From Tubulanus polymorphus (taxonomy: Eukaryota > Animalia > Nemertea), in NCBI RefSeq assembly GCF_964204645.1, contig NC_134029.1:620001-684000 (forward strand): DNA of 64,000 nt, given 5' to 3'. Positions within the stretch are counted from its first letter, which is position 1; each line of letters starts with the position of its first letter. Below, in pieces: positions 36,697 to 49,500 of the stretch. Below the pieces are notes generated by a model. The model did not search any database. It was not told the origin of the DNA and worked only from the letters and a program-made list of their open reading frames with translations. The position numbers and the translations under genes were made by a program.

Positions 36697-37286
36697 GATA
36701 GTTGGACATTATTTCGGTTAACTGGGTTCAGAACCATCTTTGCGTGTTAGCAAGGGCCTTTAACGTCTAAGTACCCATTATCACCTCTAGTTCGTTGAGT
36801 GAACTTTGAAGATGAATTGATCATTGGTAAAAAGTGCAATCGTGTATTGAAGGGTACGGATGGGTATTGTGTTTGTTGTGCGTGTAACCAGGGAGATACA
36901 ATTCCAGTATCCCAGGGCGAAATCCATCAACGCGTCAAAAGCTTTTAACCCGAGGCGACCTGCAACATTCTTTACTAAGACGCCGGATTATCCTCGACCA
37001 ACGCGGATAACAGCACCATCGCAAAACTACATTTTATCTGCCTTATTTACAGCGGAAAATGCGCATTGTTGATTGGTGTTTGATCCCGTTTAGAGACAGA
37101 CACTGCGGGCAGTTATATAACCGCCTGATCGTTATACCGGATGTTTAATCGTTATTGAGCATGCGCCTTCAGGATTCCGTGTTGCATGAATTCGAGGCAT
37201 TTGTTTAAAAATATAATCCGATCAGGAGAGCGCCATACCTGACACAAACACAAAGATGACCACATTTCAATGGTCATAATTGTTCT

Positions 37287-37420
37287 GTGAACTGGTTGGC
37301 GTTTCGGCCGTTTACTGGACTGGTTAGCGTTGTGACCTTCCATTGGACTAGTTGGCATTATGGTCGTTCTATCGGACTGGTTGGCGTTGCGGTTATTCCA
37401 TTATTGGACTGGTTGCCACC
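37287..37420. repeat. Degenerate 28-32-bp tandem repeat with conserved GGACTGGTTGGCGTT core
   Basis: Five cores separated by variable 11-15-nt segments. Confidence 0.75.
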
Positions 37421-40340
37421 GTCGGTCTCGAATTGCAGGCTCCAATTTCCTGGACGTTTACGAAAGTAACATCAAACGTAGCATCGAAGAAAATCCATTT
37501 CACCGCTAGATTTCAAAGTACACTCAGATACGTGTAAAAAAAGAAAGTCGGATTCTGACGTTTTTTGATCGAGAAATCTAATAATAGCAATCGAAACTCT
37601 ATTTGCTACTTAAAAGAAGTAATTCTATACGGCGCGGAGTGTCGGGCGGTTGTGGTGGTGGTGCACGCAGTTTTATTATCACTACAATCTGAAACATCTT
37701 TGAACACGAGTAAAAACATACAACTTTACAGCAGGAAACGCGTCGTGCATTTGTATGCATTGATGTCACAGACAAAATCGGACATCCGTCATTACAACGT
37801 GAATCCAAGCGTTATGTACAATTTACCCACCTGGCAACACAGATCAGGAAATAATTCAGCCAATAATGTCCTGCACGTGATTCGATTTTCAAAATAACCT
37901 CAGCATCGGTTTCTTGCCTCATCAGTGGTTAGAATCCGGTTACTGCACCGCCTTCAAGTGACCAACTCGAAGGAGATTCCATTCGAAACTGATTTTTCTA
38001 CTTTAAGGCCCCTTCAAACGTGAAGTGGTTCTAGAGGTTAATGCAACTATTTAACTAAGACCTGGTTATGAACTAGTTTCATAGTTCTCGGGTTGAATCT
38101 GACTATTGAAAATGACGAATCTCAACTCGAAATTTCAACTTTGGAAGAACTGAGTACTCGAGATTCAGGAACCGCAAATTACTCTTTCTAACTAATTAAA
38201 ATTTGAAATTTTCTAACCACAATTTCAGTTCTCATTTTAATACTCTGCCTGAAATACTTTTCAACGTATAAAATCGAGGTTTCTTTATAAAGAGTGAAGT
38301 TTTTTCTCAACCGCACCCAAACAGCTTTTAGCGTCACTTACTCGTTCACTCTCCTCTCTCCACCGCACATAGCCGCCATGTTGTATTCGGAAGTAAAGTT
38401 TATTACCACCGCCACTATAGTTAACATCACTCGCGTGCAGTTACTGTTCTTTTTACGGATTAACATGGTTTTCGTTTCAACGTAGATTTTTTCCCTCATA
38501 GAGAAAGAGGAGCGGTGAGCGCGCGTGCAATGTTTAGTCAGTCGGGGGTTGACAGTAATTATTGCGTGATCGCCGTGGTATCATTCAACATCAGTTACAT
38601 TACTGACATCTTTCCGGTTTTACGGGGATACAACATATCATTGAACTGAAAAATATCATCAACCGAACACGCGAACTATGGAGAGACTCATACAAAAAAA
38701 AAACATTCATAGACGACGACGAATAGAGATTTAGAAAACCAGATTTTGGTAGGTGGGGTCCAAAATAAGAGGGAGGGTTTGTCTAGGTTAAAACGGCCTC
38801 GTCGAGCGAGGTTTTCGGTGTTAGAAATCCTTTTTAAACTACAGCCGTTGAAAATGTAATTCAACGATCCCTGTATTGACAAAAATGACGTTCTCAATAG
38901 GAAGACACGGTCCCAGACCCCGAGTACACCCCAAATATCCACCCCTGATAACCTATAGTCCTTACACCCGGGAAGAGAGGACGTTTTCACAGTTTTCCAC
39001 ATGTTCCTGTTATGCCGAGTGTGGCAAGAATCGCATTGTTTGCGGGCAGCATTTCGTTAAAAACATTTTCTGAAAAACGTATTTTTTGTTTTGTTGAAAC
39101 GGATCGTTATGCCGTGTGCGTTGGGCCGGAAACCATGGTGACCAGAACGAGAGACTGAATTCTCTACAAAATAATCTTCAAGTTCATATTTCCAGATTTA
39201 ATCTTATTGAATAATGCACAGAGAAGCAAACAACTTCAAAAGCATTTTAAATCGTCAGTGCACAATCCTCAACGATGATTCTTCACTTCTGCAAAAATCT
39301 TCTTGAAGTTTATACGGTTCAAACGTCATCAATCAGGAGGAGATAGTTCATATAATCTGCTTATAAAACATTAAACACACGAGGATTTTGAAAAGCAGCA
39401 GAAAATTGTAAAACCCTGAACACGCGACAACTTCAGAATCCCATCTCTGACGAGCCGGAATTTCCGCTTAACCGGTTCCGTACAGTGGCGCCACAAATAA
39501 AGCGATTCATTTAGAAATGTTTACTTAACGCGTAGGCCTACATTTCACCAAGAATCTTAGTGTCTGATGTACCACAGTTACACTAGGATCGTTAGAGCGA
39601 CGGAGATCACCGGTGGAGACAACCACTGCCAGTGCTGGGTGAAGCCTACATACACCCGCCCACCCGAGTCACTAGTCACCACTTCACCGTCACTCGTCAC
39701 TTCACCAGACACTAGTGCGATCACCGTGTGATGAAGAATAGATCTAATGTTATGATACAGGCATTGTGAGGTGTTGGGTCGTCTCGAAATTCCAACAGCA
39801 CTCATAGAATTCAAAATTAAGACTTAGTTTGTATGCGAAACAGCGTAGTTTAACAGTAACCGTGGTGCAGTTGGGTTACATCGACTGAAACGGCCAGGTG
39901 ATAATGATAAAGCTTTGTTTGAGACTTACTTCCAGGACTGTTGAGTCATAGTTACGTGTGTGACTACAATCATTGTAGCTTCAGTTGGATTCAGTTCTGA
40001 TGAGAATTAACTAATTATTTCTTCTTTTTTTATTGGTAAAACCTGCTGACTAACTTCCCACAATGCTCTATATCCCAAACAGCGCGCAGTGCCGCCGCCG
40101 CCGCCGCCGCTGCTTGTAAGGGCTAGACGCACTTACGGAACAAATCCCTTGAAGTTGCGAGGCACGAAGCCAACGATGGGAGTTGTGGGGACCTCCATGT
40201 ACCCGGACACCTGCTGTTGTTTACGTTCTGGAGTTGATTAATTCAGAATAAATTACTTAAAAATCTGACATATATTTAACCGAAACCTGCTTCAATTCAA
40301 CCCCTTGATATTATTTCATTATATGAATTTTATTTCATAA

Positions 40341-40509
40341 GGGAACATTCATTTATTACGTACGCACAAAATTTGAATTTTCAACCCAACTCCCCCTCTG
40401 TACGCAAAATCGGCCATTTTTACATACATGTATACAATAAGCATTACAGTACGCAACTGCACTGACCCCTCCCCCTCCCCTAATGCTTATGTAATAAATG
40501 AATGACCAC
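40341..40509. mobile_element. Tourist-like (PIF/Harbinger) MITE with TAA TSD
   Basis: taa|gggaacattcatttattacgtacgca ... tgcttatgtaataaatgaatgaccac|taa; imperfect TIR of about 26 bp. Confidence 0.8.
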
Positions 40510-42754
40510 TAAGAAGCATTTTGCAATTTTTCAATCAATAGCTGATCAGATAGAACTTTACTTATCAATCGCATATATACAAAGTATGAGAGATTAAGAA
40601 CATTGAGACAAAAGTGAACTGATTGCACTGAATATTTTGAAAATTTCTCACAGGCCCCAAACAGATATCAACCATTCTGTACTACTTAACGTATCACTTT
40701 TCTCTCTCAAAAGATTTGCCAAAGTTTGATCTAGATTCAACCATGAATTCGAAGAACCTTTTATAAATCTGTCGACACGGCTTAGAGAACTATAATTATT
40801 TAATCATTAGTTTCCAGACTGAGTAACATTGATCTATATTGATTACCGGGAAATCGCGTGTAATCGCTTTTAAAACGATTACGAATTCAAATCTTCTACG
40901 ACTCGATCAGAATGTAACTAATCTCTGAAACACGGCAGGTACAACAACAAAAATAATCGGTGAAATATGAATTATTCAATCCAGCGACTGACTTTAACAG
41001 TAGATACTTCGGGTAGAGAAAGGATTATAGCGGATTAACGTCATGTTATATTTAATCCGTCAGTTTCCTCTGGACATTTTTGAAAATGAAATTGAAGTCT
41101 GACATTTCAAAATCCGCGAAATAAACCAAATTATATTACGTATATTAAGACGTATGATTTTGTAACGAGATATTTGTTTATTTATTTATTAGCAACAGTT
41201 TTACGGAATTATTATTATTAGTTTTTTTTCGATGGAACTGAGAGGGGGGATGGTGGCTAGGGAAGGGGAGGAGGGGAAACATTATTCACAAAAATGTTAA
41301 TTGAAGATAGCAATATTCGTATCCTCTGAGATAAAAGCTCTTACTGTGTAAACGCCCCCTTAGATTTGCGGAATAACATGCCTTTATACAAGGGCTGATC
41401 CAGGGTATGTTCTCAATGCGAAAGAGTGACGGCAGCCAATCGATATTTGCATCCCCGACAAGGCGAGTACAGGGGCTCAATGCAAAACGAGATGTTTAAG
41501 AGGTCCTGCCCATCCAGGAAATCCTTAAAAAATAAGTCATAAGTGCTCTTTAAAATCTTACTTAAGATTTTTGCTGATTTTTAAGCGCGTTGAAAATTAT
41601 ATGGTGAAATTACTAGCCCTGAAGCCTGTTCCATAGTTCCAGTTGAAATCGGTTCATTTTACAGTTCAATTTTTGTTCATTTTTTCAGTTTATTTGTTGA
41701 ACTCTCAAGTTAAACTTTACGTCAGGAAATCCAGGCCCATAATTCCGGATCCGACCCGATTCTGCCGTTGGAATAGTATTTCATATCACGGGATAAAAGA
41801 TAATTGATTTCGATCTACCATTTCTCAGAAAGACGTAATCGAGAGAGTTAAGCCTACTGTATGTTCCTGAAGAGATACTGTTACTGCAGTAAACACGTGT
41901 ATCGTTAGTCATTTCTCTTATTACACACGTAAAATATGATCGGGTAATTATTTTTTGAAATGAATCTAATTTAAACAGCGGCCTCTCCGTACTGTCGTGT
42001 GTAGCGAGCGTACCCTGGCAACTGGGGGTTCATGGTATACTGAGTATAATGAGCAGATATATTCACAATATTCTAAAGTCTCTTCGATAAGATTTTTTAC
42101 ACAAAAGGCACCTCTGGGCCCTGAGTAACTATTTATCCAAGATATTCATTTTAGTTACATCTATAATATTTTTGAAAAAAAAGATATTACATCATTTTCG
42201 ATATTTCATATTTTCGTCTGGGGTTTCATTTCATCTCAGTTCGTATAAAAACTGAAGAAAACGTTAGAAATATATACATAGAATGCCTGAGAAAGATCTT
42301 TACCAAAAAATGTATCAATAATTCTCAGGAAATATAAATATTCCCAGATATATATAGGCCTACATTACATGTAACTCAGACAAAAACTGAGAACGTATGA
42401 GGAGTCTAACAGCGCATCCTGTTTGCTGCGAGATTGCGAGATTGTTAAAACGTGTTTGACAATCAATTGACACATAACCGATTCGTCGTCGTATATTCAT
42501 GTGAGGATGTCATGGACGCGCTAACTGCTGAAAGACACAGTTTGGAATGTGATCCCGAGTCCCGGAGGAACGTCATAAAATACCGGACATCACGGAGTTA
42601 TACGTGTCACGGGATCTTACTGGCATCTGATCGTTGTAAATCCGCTGTTTTATCATCTCTAGGCTGTAATGTCAGATTTATTTCTATCAGGTTTTCTGTC
42701 CCTTAGTGTGATGGTGAACATGTTTACAGGAAACTCAGTCTATTCAGCTTCTTC

Positions 42755-42980
42755 AGTCACCAGTCACCCACAGCGACCACCAGAGTCACCCACAGTCACC
42801 GGCGGAGTCATCTATAGTCACCGGAGTCACCCACGGCGACCAGAGTCACCGGAGTCATCCACAGTTACTGGAGGTACCCATAGTCCCCGGATCGTGTGTC
42901 GCACAGTGACCGGAGTCAACCACAGTCACCGGAGTCAACCACCAGTCACCGGAGTCAGCTACAGTGACGCTCGGTTACTG
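42755..42980. repeat. Degenerate (CCGGAGTCA/CACAGTCA)n repeat; similar gtcac-rich tract at 39600-39730
   Basis: Recurrent agtcacc units. Confidence 0.8.
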
Positions 42981-43329
42981 GATGATTATCCGTGGTTCAA
43001 ATTTCATTCAGTGACTTATGTTTGAAATTTTTATACGGAATATAAATTTCCATGAAATGTTGAAAACCATATGAACTAAATAAAAATGAACTAATAAAAG
43101 ATTTCTAATAGTCTGGGATAAAATTGCGTGAATTATGCAATAGTTTTGGTTGCAGCCATGACGACTTGAAATAAAAATATAATCTGTTCCAAACTTAAAG
43201 TTATGAAACAAAAACCGTGTTTCTTTGACTAATCCGAATTCAATGTCTTACAGTACGATAAGTTCGATATCTTAAAATGAATAAACATGATTTATTTCCC
43301 CAGTACATATGTGATTTGAAAATAATTTG

Positions 43330-43625
43330 CCCACACTGCGGGCATATGAGTATCTACTTTAGCTTGTCATTGATACGAAAACCTAGGAATTTATTAGAAC
43401 TATTTTCTAGCTTATCCTTGACCATTTATTCGCATTGAAGTATTCAGGCAACTTGGAACCGAACACCATGAAATATGTCTTTGTTAAGTTTAAAGATAGT
43501 TGGTTCACTTGGAACTACTCGGATTATCAGGTTCATAGAAGGGTTTGCGCAAAACGTAACCGATACAAGTTAGAAGTTACTGACGAATTTGTGTCATCGG
43601 CGAAAAGCATTAATGATGTCTCCAA
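43330..43625 (-). mobile_element. Decayed CR1/L2-clade LINE reverse transcriptase fragment
   Basis: Minus-strand motifs in the expected order, with stops and a frameshift: LMLFADDT (FADDT at 43604-43590), FQVNQLSLNLTKTYFMVFG, KFLGFRINDKLK. Confidence 0.85.
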
Positions 43626-44200
43626 CAATAACATATTAACAAGTTCTGAAGAGTTCAACTTTGGGTTGGAATATTTACTCGAGGCTTTTAGGGTTCTAGA
43701 GTATTGAAAATAGACCAAATTTCAAGTCTGGAGTCAAATTGAACCGAGAATTTTGCGAACTGAACTCGCGAGCTTCACAAGACAAATAACAAACCGGACT
43801 GATAGAAACAACGCGTGTCGCAATCAGTGTTTTATCAATACGACTGTTAAAGTTTGCCCGTTAGATGATGAATATACAGTTTTTCTGCAGCTGTGAGGTT
43901 GAGTGGTGCTGTGATGCGAGTAGATACACCCCGCACCGCGTCTACTGTCGCGTCAATCACGAGTCGTTATTTCGGAGTATTCGATATTTATTTACTAAGG
44001 TAAGCAATGAATTTTACTGTTTTATTGATACAGAGTTTGAACCCATAGATTGGTATTGATATTTTGTGTCGGGTTTAGTGACCGGTCGATCATTATATGC
44101 ACCTCTCCCGTCGTATAGATTTAGGCTATTTTTGTCCTCGACGTGATTAAAGTGTCGCTATGATTTGTTTTCTTTCATACCTACTTCAGTACACAAGCTA

Positions 44201-44243
44201 CGAGTTGATTCAGTCGGTAGAACATCGGGCTTTTTTACCCGAG
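44201..44243 (+). pseudogene. tRNA-Lys 5'-half relic
   Basis: tcagtcggtagaacatcggg-ctttttta-cccgag: D arm plus anticodon arm with 8-nt loop; no T arm. Confidence 0.7.
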
Positions 44244-44345
44244 TTTTTTTCTCCCCAAGTGACGTGCCCGCTCGTGTAATGACCATTCGAGCTGATGTCC
44301 ACAAGAGTTTTGGACAATTTGCTACGACAAGTGATTGTCATCGTA

Positions 44346-44418
44346 GCCCGGTTAGCTCAGTCGGTAGAGCATCAGGCTTTTAACCTGAGGGTCCTGGGTT
44401 CGAGTCCCATACCGGGCG
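44346..44418 (+). tRNA. trnK-TTT: tRNA-Lys(TTT) copy 3
   Basis: Identical to copy 1; T5 downstream. Confidence 0.93.
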
Positions 44419-44515
44419 TCCACCATTTTTGTTCTGCATGGATTGTTTGATGGCGTGCACACGTAAGACAGTTCGATTATTCCATTATTTTGGCGGGACA
44501 ATGACCGACACCAGA

Positions 44516-44550
44516 GACCGGATAGCTCAGTCGGCAGAGCATCGGGCTTT
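44516..44550 (+). pseudogene. tRNA-Lys 5'-half relic
   Basis: gaccggatagctcagtcggcagagcatcgggcttt, ending at the anticodon. Confidence 0.75.
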
Positions 44551-45446
44551 GATGAGATGTTTTTTTTCGGATGGAGACTTCGAATGTTAAACTCTGTCGT
44601 TACGCAATATTAAACGAAATGCTCTATTTCTTCAACAAAGAACTCGACATCATAGACTGCACAGACACTCTCTTGACGGAGAAAGGAGTGTTTTTTCCAC
44701 GCGCTTTTAGAACGCGACGGGAGGGAAATTCATTAAGCAAATAGGTTCCATAAAACAATGGGTTCAGGTTGTCATTAATGCCAGAACTCTAGAAGCGAGA
44801 GAGAGAGAGAGAGAGAGGGAGACATAGAAAGAGAGAGGAGAAAAAGAGCGGTTCTCATTTATCAGATTCCCAGTGGTGGCTGTTTATCTAGTCTATTCTA
44901 ATGACAGTCACTGATTTTAAACAAGATATAAATGGAGAGACGCCGAGGTCGCGCCCTCGGGAATTCACTAATCTCACACATTAATCTATTTAAACGCTGT
45001 TCTAATTAATCAGCACCGATTTCAGGCGAGTCGTCGTCGACAAAAGAACGCTAAATGTCACGTGGGAATTTCAGTTTATATGCAAATTAGCTCGAATTTA
45101 ATTGTGAATATCACGTTGTTAAGAACAGGTGCGCGGAACCGGTGCTCGCAAAACAAATGACTGCTTGTACCGATAAATGAGAGATTCTCTCTCTAGAATT
45201 GTATATATCGAGTTTTTGACTCAGTATACCGAAGGTTTTTGAAGTGATTCCGAGATGGTCCATTTAACATCTGATCAACTCAAACACAATCAAAGCTTAA
45301 ATCGATAAATATCTAGTGTTTTGTTCGAGACCCCTCCGGTACTGTGTGATAGATATTGACTCATTTAACGCATAAATTCATCCGTTTTATTAGTCTGCGA
45401 AAAGTGGTCGATTTATTTGTGAATGCTGCGTTTTCGGCCATCTTAT

Positions 45447-45485
45447 GTCCCGTAGCTCGGTCGTGGGGTCGAGTCCCGTCCGGGC
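45447..45485 (+). pseudogene. Internally deleted tRNA(-Lys)-like relic
   Basis: gtcccgtagctcggtcg joined to tggggtcgagtcccgtccgggc; the anticodon arm is missing. Confidence 0.55.
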
Positions 45486-45840
45486 CTCAAGTCTTTTGCC
45501 CAAACACGAAGCGCAATCATTTCATCTGGTTTGATTTACCAGACATCCGGACGCCAATGGTAAATCCAGTTAGGTATCCAGATTTTCGTTTTTGAGTTAC
45601 CTCTTTTTCACCGAAGTTGAATTCGCCATTTGTGGAGAAATTTGGACCATGTCGAAGTAGATTTTCCAATAGACACAGCGTGATAGTCTGTAAGAAATCA
45701 TCTGATTGAACTAAAGGCAGAAAATATACCCATTAATGGCATAAAACATGCCAAACACGGAAATACCATTTAGGGATCTACTTCAAAATTGGCCCCAGCT
45801 ATTTTCGAGATAATGTCATATCGAATCCAGCACTTCCGTA

Positions 45841-45913
45841 GCCCGGTTAGCTCAGTCGGTAGAGCATCAGGCTTTTAACCTGAGGGTCCTGGGTTCGAGT
45901 CCCATACCGGGCG
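45841..45913 (+). tRNA. trnK-TTT: tRNA-Lys(TTT) copy 4
   Basis: Identical to copy 1; T7 downstream. Confidence 0.93.
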
Positions 45914-46402
45914 GCCGATATTTTTTTCGACTGATTTCCGATATGGCCTTCTAGACGTATCTTTTAGTTACAGACACATATACTGAGTTGTGGCGTATAT
46001 CCGTACACGTCAAAACGACTGATTACATGTGTCATACGTCTCCCTGGTTCTCACCGGGAAATGATGGATAAGAAATCATGAAATTCAAATGAATCATTGA
46101 AACCATGATCACGTGGAAATTCGCTCGAAACTTCAATACCTCACACCGGATGTGACGTCATTGACGAGATTCAGGGGCCATTTTTTGCGCGCCATTTTTA
46201 GCCGCAGTCTATTATTGATTCAGGGATTGATTTGTGATAATTAAGGGTTATTGAATTGTGCCCGTAGTTTTACCGTTTTACCTACGAGCGATGTTTGTTT
46301 ACAAGAATTCATATATAATCAAATCGACGAAAAGAAACGCAACGTCGTTTTTGATTTCATCAATAATTCAGCACTCATTGAGTAAATATAAATATATAGT
46401 TT

Positions 46403-46587
46403 GACAGTTTCAAGCTTCTTTGAAAATCAATTGAGAAGAAACGTATAAACGCCAGGAGGTCGGTACGCGGTTCTGTCATAATAATCCGTTGGTTATTACC
46501 ACACCCACACACCACTCACTCGCGTACTGACCTCCTGGCGTTTATTCATTTCTTCTCAATTGATTTTCAAAGAAGGTTCGAACTGTC
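46403..46587. mobile_element. Fold-back element/MITE: 67-bp inverted arms around a 51-bp spacer
   Basis: Arms 46403-46469 and 46521-46587 with few mismatches; no clear TSD. Confidence 0.7.
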
Positions 46588-49500
46588 GCTTGTAGCATTT
46601 TAGTTCAGCTGCCGATATCAATATCATATATCGAAAAGTCGAGTGTTATGTAGTTGTTGTAAGTGGCTGTAAGTGTGTAGTGACTTTAAGGATTTGAATT
46701 TCATCGAAATCTTACGTCTCGTAAAAGATGATTTGTTACAGTAGACACCTTTCTAGATATTTCTAACCTTCTAGCTGGTACATCACTGGTGATGCTGTTT
46801 ATTCCTCGGGTGTCGAGCGCTTTTTGAACGTTTTTTAGTCCCTTTGTAAAAAAAAACCGAAGCAAATTTCCCCTATAAATATTCGTATGTCTAGAAAATT
46901 ACTGTCAAAATCGAGACAATGATGAATATGGTGGTTGATTTTCCCTGAGGGGAGTTCTCAATGAATTCAACACTCTCTCATATCAGACAACATAGAACTG
47001 AATTTGAAAATAGAAATTCGTAGCCGATCAAATCTGATGTTGTATATCATTATGTATTAGATGCTCAATTTTGAATTTCAATTTAATATATAAATTCTAA
47101 CCAGCTTTTGAGCAACTGGCACCTGCTCAATACTTCGTCAACTTATCTAAACTTTAAACTTGTGGATCTGGATTTAGAGTCAAACCATTTGAAATGATGA
47201 ATTGTGAAACACAGTAGAACTGGGTTTTGGACTACGATTCGTCAAATGTCGTGTTTTCACAAAATGTAAACATCTCATTTGTTAAGTGTGGACGGCGACG
47301 ACAGACCACACTGCGACGACTCTCGTTTTATCCGTAACTTGATCCAAAAAATCCAAACTATTTTCAGTTGATTGATGAAACTTTTCAACGTAAATTATCT
47401 ATCAATCATCATTGTTGTCGTCGCCCCTGGTAACTGGATCCCTTCCCGTCTGTATCTGTCGTCAATATTTAACGGGCTTTATTGTTGACGGATTGAAATG
47501 ATTTAAATTCTAAAATCGTCGAATAGTCTGCGAGTATTCGCGGCACTCTGATCTCAGGTATATGTAGGCTACTGTTTCTACGGATTCGCCTTATCATCTT
47601 GTCTTAGATCATTTAGTTTTTATCGGCGCCAAACAGACCGAAATTTTCAGGCTTCTAAATTTAATAGAAAATACGTAGGCCTAAATCAAGGATATTCTAA
47701 AACTGAAAGTCCGGCCGGGGTATTTCATTATGGCTTCAATCGGGGTTTAGATACAACGAGGGCGATTAAAAAGTTACCCACGCCGGGAAGGAGTATATAA
47801 TAGTCTCGACTGGGTGAGATTTTTATATTTACAATTTTGATGAGTCATAAATTAGATTATATCAATATTTGAAGTTATATATATACGTGAAGGAGAATAT
47901 GGAAATCGTGACGTCATCGACGGTCGATTGTGTTTGGCTTCTACGTAGTCACGTTACAGCACACGACTACAATACGACGCCGACGCAAGTTCACATTCGT
48001 CTTACTGACCGTCAAATTGGCCGTCAAAAACTGTGTTAGCACTCTACTTCAGTTTGTCGATTGCACTTGACAGTCAATTTAGAGGTCATTTTCATGACGA
48101 TATGTGATTTCCCTGTCAGTGTTGGAGACTTGCCATATCAGTTGTTATAGGCCTATAAACAACTAAAGATATTGTGGTTATTTACTTAATTCCGGGTGTC
48201 TATCATGTAAAACTCTGATTCTATTGGTCATCGATGTGGAGGCGTCGTGGATGAGTTATATTGGCCGTCGAATGGCCGTCAACTACTGTGCATTTTTATT
48301 TCAGTTAGCCATTTGCGCTTCGTACTGATCTGAGTATGGTGGGGAACTCTTCACATGTTGACAATTATCGAAGATATAACCCCACAGACACCGCTGGGGT
48401 TAAAGTTGAAGAAATGAATTGTCTGATAGAGATTCGACTTGCCTCAGACGCTCTGTGGTCGTCCAATACCGAAATTCACTTAATTAGCAAATACGACAGG
48501 AAATTATGCGTTTATTTATCAGATTTGTACATTTCAATACACAGATCGTGTGTAGCCCTTGAGTCACGACGTCTAAGGCGTAATCTCATTAGGAGTTTCA
48601 CTTGGTTTGCATTTTATTTACATATTGTCACATCTACAGGCTATTTCTAAACCAGTCTATACTATATCTACCTACCAGTGTTTAGATATTTGATAAATTC
48701 TCGATCATAGTGACTATTTTCTTCTATAGGCCTATAGGTTGTTGAATGAAAACTATCCCGAAGGGCTTTTGATAAAAGAGTTGAAGATATCCCGTTGTCT
48801 CATGAATTAACTATCTAATGTTGTTATTGTATTTTATTTAGGTCGTTTTGCTTCGTTTGGTTTGATCTTCGCACAAACGGCATTCTAAAGTTTGAAATGA
48901 TATCATTTCATTAGATTTAGCTGTAGGGTGGCTCCGGAAAAAGGTGGACGCTTTGGTGCCGTATCGATCTTGTAACTTAGTTTGTTTTTGTTTGTACCCA
49001 AGGCAACCGAGAAAGTTAACTTTTAGGCAGTGGTTCCAAATTCAAATATTTGAAATTGTCGTTTATCAAAATGTGTTATTGCTAGAGTTCTGAAAATCAA
49101 TCTAATGAGATCCCGCGCCACCGGCTATCCCGCCAGATGGCGTAACTAACAACAGGACCAATTCAGTTTCTTTTTCGGTATATTTCAATCTGATGACGCA
49201 TCAGAAGTTGGATCTCTAGATTAGGACTCAGGTTGAACACTCGTCATTCATTGTATTTGAGAAAATTATGGTCGTTATTCATAAATGAATCTTGAGAAGA
49301 AATCCGGCATCGATGTCCGGATGTATACCAAGCGGATCCTCACTTGCCACAAGTGGAATCCTCAGTTGCCACAGTCGACTGCAGATAGCCCTCATTCGCT
49401 CTAACATCTAGACAAACTCTTTGAATTATAACCCGAGATTATTCGGTTATTGATATTTCATTTACAAGTGGTTTATTGAAATTCGGCTCACTGAGTCACG

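Noticed and set aside
37287-37420. CRISPR-like pattern of conserved cores with variable spacers
   Set aside because: Cores are about 15 bp and degenerate, spacers are 11-15 bp and related to each other, context is eukaryotic and there are no cas genes; it is a decayed minisatellite.
37895-37930. Second hammerhead-like core (CTGATGAGGCAAGAAAC on the minus strand)
   Set aside because: No stem II and no cleavage triplet or stem I; at most a deleted relic.
43435-43707. 90-aa plus-strand ORF
   Set aside because: Antisense to the LINE RT remnant.
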